NCBI GenBank assembly: GCA_965205725.1
Contig: OZ242189.1
Span: 2,407,973-2,471,972 of the forward strand
Source: Halieaceae bacterium
GTDB lineage: Bacteria > Pseudomonadota > Gammaproteobacteria > Pseudomonadales > Halieaceae
DNA length: 64,000 nucleotides
Direction of reading: 5' to 3'
Within the stretch, counting starts at the first letter, position 1, and every line of letters begins with the position of its first letter. Of this stretch, positions 59,457 to 64,000 are shown one piece after another. Made by a program: the position numbers and the translations under genes. Under the pieces are notes generated by a model that made no database searches, was not told where the DNA came from, and saw only the letters and a program-made list of their open reading frames with translations.

Positions 59457-60453
59457 GACTATCTCCTGTGGCTATTATCTGTAATTTCGCATCAAGCTCT
59501 GGTTCCTCAAAGCGAATAATAGAATCATAGGCATAGTCTTCACTAGCTTCGATTGAAATCCAGCGGCGTTTTAGCTTTTCGGCGCAATACCCTGTTGTAT
59601 TGCTCCCTGCGAAAGGGTCCAGGATTAGGTCGTCTTCGTCAGTCAGAAACTCAGTAAAGAAGTTGATTAGTCCTCTGTGCATTCTAGCGGGATGAGGGGT
59701 AATATTTTCTTCTCTGCAACGCTTAAAATAGTAATCGTTGGACGTTGTATTAGAAAAACTAAGGACATTGTGAGGCAGTCTAACATCACGTTTTACATCT
59801 ATTGGCTCTAATTCAAATAGGTTGTGTGCAATGCTGCCGCCGTTGTCTTTTGCGAATGCTGAGGGACTTATTCCATGTTCAGAAGGACGCTTTCCTGCAT
59901 TAAATTTCTTTGTTTCAATGAGTTTTTCCATTCCCTTTGAATAAGGCCGAAGCACCTTTGAATTATCTGCCTTAGGAAAATCATTTTTGGCTATCCACCA
60001 GACATGTGTATAACTATCTACAGTACGTAGTCGATTGACAGTTACCCATTGAGCTGGAGAGGGAAGGCGTGAGGGGTTATAACATATGAATTCTTGGATT
60101 AAACGCAAATCGGCGTTGGCATTTTTAACAAGGCCAAAAAGACATTCAAGATGCAATAAAGATTGAACTGGCCTGCCGGTTTCCCATGCGTTACCAATTT
60201 CGATAACCAGTGAACCATCATCTGCAAGTAATTCGGAAAAAATGGGAGCTAGTTCAACAAACCAGTTGTAATAATCTTCCCCCTGAAGATTGCCATAACG
60301 CTTTTTGTTATTTAGCGGAAATGGAGGCGAGGTAATAATCAGATTGAATTTACTGCCATAATACCTACCAAGATATGATTTTGAGACTTCAACCGAGTCT
60401 CCAGCAATAAGTTTTCCGTATCTTGTTGTATATAACTCTGATTTCATATGCAC
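59437..60453 (-). CDS. Beta-class DNA methyltransferase (N4-C/N6-A family; SPPF suggests m4C), first gene of the island operon
   Basis: 338 aa. Motif IV ITSPPF is at residues ~41-46 and motif I DPFAGSNTTG at ~281-290, i.e. IV before I, which is the beta order. A ~230-aa putative target-recognition region lies between them. The 3' end overlaps the ATPase start by 20 nt. Confidence 0.9.
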   Translation of the reverse strand: MHMKSELYTTRYGKLIAGDSVEVSKSYLGRYYGSKFNLIITSPPFPLNNKKRYGNLQGEDYYNWFVELAPIFSELLADDGSLVIEIGNAWETGRPVQSLLHLECLFGLVKNANADLRLIQEFICYNPSRLPSPAQWVTVNRLRTVDSYTHVWWIAKNDFPKADNSKVLRPYSKGMEKLIETKKFNAGKRPSEHGISPSAFAKDNGGSIAHNLFELEPIDVKRDVRLPHNVLSFSNTTSNDYYFKRCREENITPHPARMHRGLINFFTEFLTDEDDLILDPFAGSNTTGYCAEKLKRRWISIEASEDYAYDSIIRFEEPELDAKLQIIATGDSRVRAEA

Positions 60454-60649
60454 TTTGTTGTTTAGCTATTTTGGTCAACAGTTTGGAGTTATAACTGAAT
60501 CTGGTGTTTAAGTATTTAAAAATAGGGTGGCGTATCGGATTGATTTGTTGTTACCACAAAATGAACCAACCAAGAGGATATACCACCAAGAGTCAGAGTA
60601 ACGTCATTGACTTGGAACGTCGAGATAAAAAGGAGAACCCGTAGCCGAT

Positions 60650-60788
60650 ATGTTAACAGCAGGCGCACAAAAACGGACCCATCAGGCCGTTGAATCTAAA
60701 TTGCAGACCTTGTTGGAGCAGCATGTCGACATTCGGACATCAGCCGGTACCGCCAGTGTTGTTCGAAATGGCTACCTACCTGAACGCG
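60650..60788 (+). pseudogene. Fragment of an IS256-family (mutator-type) transposase N-terminus
   Basis: MLTAGAQKRTHQAVESKLQTLLEQHVDIRTSAGTASVVRNGYLPER resembles the ...LLEQH...VVRNGYLPER... segment of proteobacterial IS256-type transposases. It is cut off by the neighbouring IS630 remnant. The boundary is approximate. Confidence 0.4.
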
Positions 60789-61473
60789 TCTGCAAACTAG
60801 TCTAGTGTCCTGTCCGGTTAGTTCGTTTAAGAACACGATTCACAGACTCGATGATTTCGTCGGCTGATTTTGTCCATCGAAATGGCTTCGGTTCTTCGTT
60901 GTGCATGTCGAGATAATCTCGTATCGCTTTTTCCAGAGCAGGCACGGACCTATGCGTACCCCGCTTTAACTGATGCTCAGTGAGCGTTGCAAAAAACCGC
61001 TCCACCCGGTTCATCCATGAGCTGTACGTTGGCGTGAAGTGACAATGGAATCCTGGATGGCGTAATAGCCACCTTTGTACTTTCTCCGTCTTATGGGTAG
61101 CGTCGTCGTCCAGTATCAGGTGAACATCCAGGCCAACTGGCACCTGGGTATCCATGTGCCGCAGGAAACGTATAAATTCCGTGCTCCTGTGGCGTCGCTT
61201 GAGTTTGCCAATCACTTGACCGGTAGCCACGTCCAAAGCCGCGAATAGCGTTGTGGTGCCATATCGCCGATGGTCGTGAGTGCGACTCTCCGGCAGGCCA
61301 AAGTTCATTGGCAATGAGGGCTGTGTACGATCCAATGCTTGTATCTGGCTTTTCTCGTCCACGCATAAAACCAGGGCTTTATCGGGTGGGTCGAGGTATA
61401 GCCCAACAATATCCCTGACCTTTTCAATAAAATGAGGGTCAGTCGACAACTTGAAACTGTGTGACAGGTGGGG
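60789..61473 (-). mobile_element. 5'-truncated IS630-family element (second, divergent copy)
   Basis: ORF 60802-61449 (215 aa) corresponds to residues ~155-365 of the intact copy (LCVDEKS, LILDDDATH, SSWMNRVERFF). Homology continues upstream to PHL (61465-61473) and then stops at the IS481 end. The HTH half is missing. Confidence 0.75.
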
Positions 61474-61560
61474 TGTCCGGGTTCAGATAGAAGTGAGACT
61501 TCTTAAAGTGTAAAAATCGGGTAGCCTGTGAGTTCTTAAATCCACACAGGAGACTACCCG

Positions 61561-62152
61561 ATGCAGATCAAAAGCCTGCGTATCAAATCATACAAAAGTT
61601 GGGCCATTAACGATACCGCCCGTGTCGATGCGATAGCGCGGATGAAGACGCTGAAGCTTTGCCGCAAACTAAAAGCCGAAGGCTGTAGCAGTGCCACTTG
61701 CCTTGAGGCTATTGGTTTGTCTAAAGCCACCTATTACCGCTGGTTAAAGCGTTATCAGGAACAGGGTATGGCCGGTCTGGAAAGGCGTAGCTGTCGTCCT
61801 CAGCGTACACGTGCGGTGCAATGGAGCAAAACAGCAGGAGCAACAAGTTCAACACCTCAGGTTGCGCTTTCCCTTGTGGGGTAAGCGCAAAATCTGGAAA
61901 GTGCTGAGCCGTGATCACGGTTTTACGCTGAGCATCAGCACTGTAGGTCGCCTATTGAAGAAGCTGCTCCGACTGAACCGTATTAAGCCCGTCGCCTTCT
62001 ACTTTGGACGGATAAAGCCAAAACGTCGTCGTCCGTTTAAGCACCACGCCAGGCGCTGGAAATACGGCATGAAAGCTAAGCAGCCTGGCGAGCTAATACA
62101 GGTTGACCCTATGAGTGTCCGCTTTACCGAAGGCTTTGCTCTCAAAGAGTTT
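61561..62152 (+). pseudogene. IS481-family transposase, N-terminal part (HTH and first catalytic Asp)
   Basis: Two overlapping frames (61561-61884 and 61811-62173) imply a frameshift near the A-run at ~61830. The sequence ...GELIQVDPMSVRFTEGFALKEF then runs into the IS1595 end. Confidence 0.7.
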
Positions 62153-63185
62153 CCTAATTACCACTTAACCTAAGCCAATCTTCAAGATATTGTCCGGCAT
62201 TGGCGGTGTCCTGAGCGCGGCACGAGCAAGCCTCGGTATTAGCCCGCACAAATCAAAGCGACGATTGAAACGATACTGAAATTCTGACAAGTAACGCTGT
62301 GCGTATTGCGGTCGAATCCCATGATAGGTACTGCGTAAGGAACTCTTTAAATGACCGAGAATAGTATTGACCCAATAGAACTCAGGCTCTTCAACAGAGG
62401 CTCTCCCGCCGCCGCATACAATCTTGTCGTGTAAACACCCTGCATCAGCGACGGCATTAAAACACGCCAAACCATCGGAGATAACGGTACTGCCCTCGGT
62501 CAGATGTTGCTGAGTCCATGACTTGATCTCTTCGGTTCGGAAACCCTTTACGACCGACAACTTAACCCGAACGGGGCAATGGTCGCTAGTGGTCTCGACC
62601 GCCGCCACAAAAGGGGTCTTACCAGCAGCACCGCGCCCCGGTTTACACCCCGTACGCTCGCCTCCCAGATAGGCATCATCCAATTCAATAAAGCCCGATA
62701 GTTTCTTCGGGTGATCCCGCTCCATCATCACCTGCATGAGTTTGTGCTTCATTCTCCAGGCCGCATTGTAGGAAATGCCTAGATGACGATGTAGTTTCAT
62801 TGCCGAGATACCTTTCTTATCCTGAGTGACCAGATAGATACCCTGAAACCATAGTGTTAATGGTAGTTTGGTGGATTCAAAGATCGTTCCAGCGGTCAGT
62901 GACGTTTGGTGGTGACAGCGATTGCACTGCTGTAGTTTGCGACTGGTTAACTGACAGCATTTATCGTGGTTGCAATTCGGGCATTGGAATCCTTCGGGCC
63001 AGCGCCACGCATAAAGTGCATCGAAGCACTGCTCTTCGGTACCGTACTGATTGATGAATTCGTTCAAACTGATACCTTTCTGGAATTGCACTTTATTACG
63101 CGCCATGACTGATCTCCTTGTGAATCAAATACCGATACTGTGTTTATGTACAGTATAGCAGGGCTTAGCCATAATGGTAATTAGG
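62153..63185 (-). mobile_element. IS1595-family (ISXO2-like) insertion sequence, intact
   Basis: 1033 bp. Inverted repeats are CCTAATTACCACTTAACCTAAGCC and GGCTTAGCCATAATGGTAATTAGG. A perfect 8-bp target duplication AAGAGTTT lies at 62145-62152 and 63186-63193. Confidence 0.88.
62165..63106 (-). CDS. IS1595-family transposase (zinc-ribbon plus ISXO2-like DDE domain)
   Basis: 313 aa with an N-terminal zinc ribbon CPNCNHDKC...CNRCHHQTS, followed by the DDE core (IELDDAYLGG..., ISDGLACF). Confidence 0.88.
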   Translation of the reverse strand: MARNKVQFQKGISLNEFINQYGTEEQCFDALYAWRWPEGFQCPNCNHDKCCQLTSRKLQQCNRCHHQTSLTAGTIFESTKLPLTLWFQGIYLVTQDKKGISAMKLHRHLGISYNAAWRMKHKLMQVMMERDHPKKLSGFIELDDAYLGGERTGCKPGRGAAGKTPFVAAVETTSDHCPVRVKLSVVKGFRTEEIKSWTQQHLTEGSTVISDGLACFNAVADAGCLHDKIVCGGGRASVEEPEFYWVNTILGHLKSSLRSTYHGIRPQYAQRYLSEFQYRFNRRFDLCGLIPRLARAALRTPPMPDNILKIGLG

Positions 63186-63193
63186 AAGAGTTT

Positions 63194-63610
63194 AAAGCCA
63201 CCTGCCCGATCACTGGCACCACCATCATGCGCACCTACAGTAGCGCCAGCAGTCGCAACGCCAGGCGTTTCCTTGACGATCTGATCGCACAGCGACCTGA
63301 CGCCCTGGTCTCTGTTCAGGTGGATGGCGGCAGCGAGTTCAGGGATGAGTTTGAATCGGCTTGTCAGGCACTGGGCATGTCTCTGTTCGTGCTACCGCCC
63401 AGAAAGCCCAAATGGAATGGCTGTGTTGAGCGAGCCAACGGTACAACACGTTATGAGTTCTATCCGTTTTACGAGGGCAGTTTGACGGTTGCTGCGGTGA
63501 ATAAAGAGTTGGCGGACTATCAACAATACTACAATCATTATCGACCCCATGATGGGGTGGGTTTGGAAACACCAATAAGCTATTATCAGAAACTCATACA
63601 GGCGGCCTGA
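63194..63610 (+). pseudogene. IS481-family transposase, C-terminal part (rve core)
   Basis: KATCPITGTTIMRTYSS...VQVDGGSEF...KWNGCVERANG... Deleting 62153-63193 joins this in frame to ...FALKEF at 62152. Confidence 0.75.
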
Positions 63611-63798
63611 TTTGTCTCACAGGTACTGAACCCGCACAGTGTGATGACCGGCGTTAAATTTAAAGATAGAATCGAGGTGAAAACAGCTGGCTAGGTCGCC
63701 GCCTAACTCGGGTACGGAAACACCACGTTTGACAACAACTCCGAAGTGTAGCAGACCTGCTATAATTTCGCGCCGTTTGAACCCGCAAGGAATACACC

Positions 63799-64000
63799 GT
63801 GGAACCGATGACCCATATTGCGCTGCGCGCTGCCCGTAAAGCCGGCGAGCTGATTGCGAGGGCCATGGACGATGTCGAGCGGCTGGACCTGGAATCGAAA
63901 AGCGTCAATGACTTTGTCACCGAGATCGACCGCAAAGCCGAACAGGACATTATTTACGACCTCAACAAGGCTTACCCCAGCCACAGCTTTCTGGGCGAGA
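63799..64000 (+). CDS. suhB: Inositol monophosphatase family protein SuhB (5' part; continues past the window)
   Basis: (GTG)EPMTHIALRAARKAGELIARAM...NDFVTEIDRKAEQDIIYDLNKAYPSHSFLGE matches E. coli MHPMLNIAVRAARKAG...NDFVTNVDKAAE. AAGGAA lies upstream. Confidence 0.9.
   Translation, partial: MEPMTHIALRAARKAGELIARAMDDVERLDLESKSVNDFVTEIDRKAEQDIIYDLNKAYPSHSFLGE

Larger units (their letters stand above)
61474..63638 (+). mobile_element. IS481-family element, disrupted by an IS1595-family insertion
   Basis: The ends are TGTCCGGGTTCAG...GTGAGAC and GTCTCAC...CTGAACCCGCACA, which form imperfect inverted repeats. The internal rve-type transposase is split in two. Confidence 0.75.

Noticed and set aside
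61459-63644. GTGTGA hexamer on both sides of the IS481 element, as a possible 6-bp target duplication.
   Set aside because: The left copy (61459-61464) lies 9 bp outside the point where the inverted-repeat alignment starts. The intervening caggtgggg still encodes PHL of the truncated IS630 transposase. The match is therefore probably coincidental, and the IS481 insertion seems to have been accompanied by a deletion.

Overview
This is a gammaproteobacterial chromosomal window, with most genes on the minus strand. Core blocks: hrcA-grpE-dnaK-dnaJ; recN; fur/bamE; rnfH and a decayed ratA; smpB and ssrA (tmRNA); der-bamB-yfgM-hisS-ispG-rodZ-pilW-rlmN-ndk; the complete isc operon (iscR-S-U-A, hscB-A, fdx, iscX); trmJ; and the start of suhB.

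Accessory stretches:
(i) 13.4-19.4 kb, directly 3' of ssrA: a truncated PQQ-dehydrogenase remnant, three SnoaL/NTF2-like genes, an SDR and a TonB-dependent receptor, closed by an IS481-type end remnant.
(ii) 19.4-25.4 kb: a small repeat-containing membrane protein, a 911-aa TPR-sulfotransferase, a secreted MsrA and an ABC-2 exporter pair.
(iii) 26-38 kb: Rieske oxygenase, patatin, HAD, DhlA-like dehalogenase, GST-like protein, MFS transporter, nitroreductase and a thiolase-like/DUF35 operon with gene-decay scars.
(iv) A ~9 kb insertion between the normally adjacent trmJ and suhB.

Stretch (iv) is the most interesting. It is a visibly AT-rich, tightly packed three-gene operon: a beta-class SPPF DNA methyltransferase, a HerA/FtsK-like P-loop ATPase and a NurA-like nuclease. 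It sits inside an IS graveyard (intact IS630, IS256 fragment, truncated IS630, and an IS481 element split by an IS1595 element). I read it as a candidate methylation-guarded HerA-NurA defence module that I do not recognise as a named system.

Other notable points: a 139-bp MITE present three times, each with its own 5-bp target duplication, one copy apparently supplying the pilW start codon; and a 15-bp tandem repeat array inside grpE.

Limits: no database search, HMM run or GC calculation was possible. Family calls rest on motifs read by eye, and several start codons were re-chosen relative to the ORF track.
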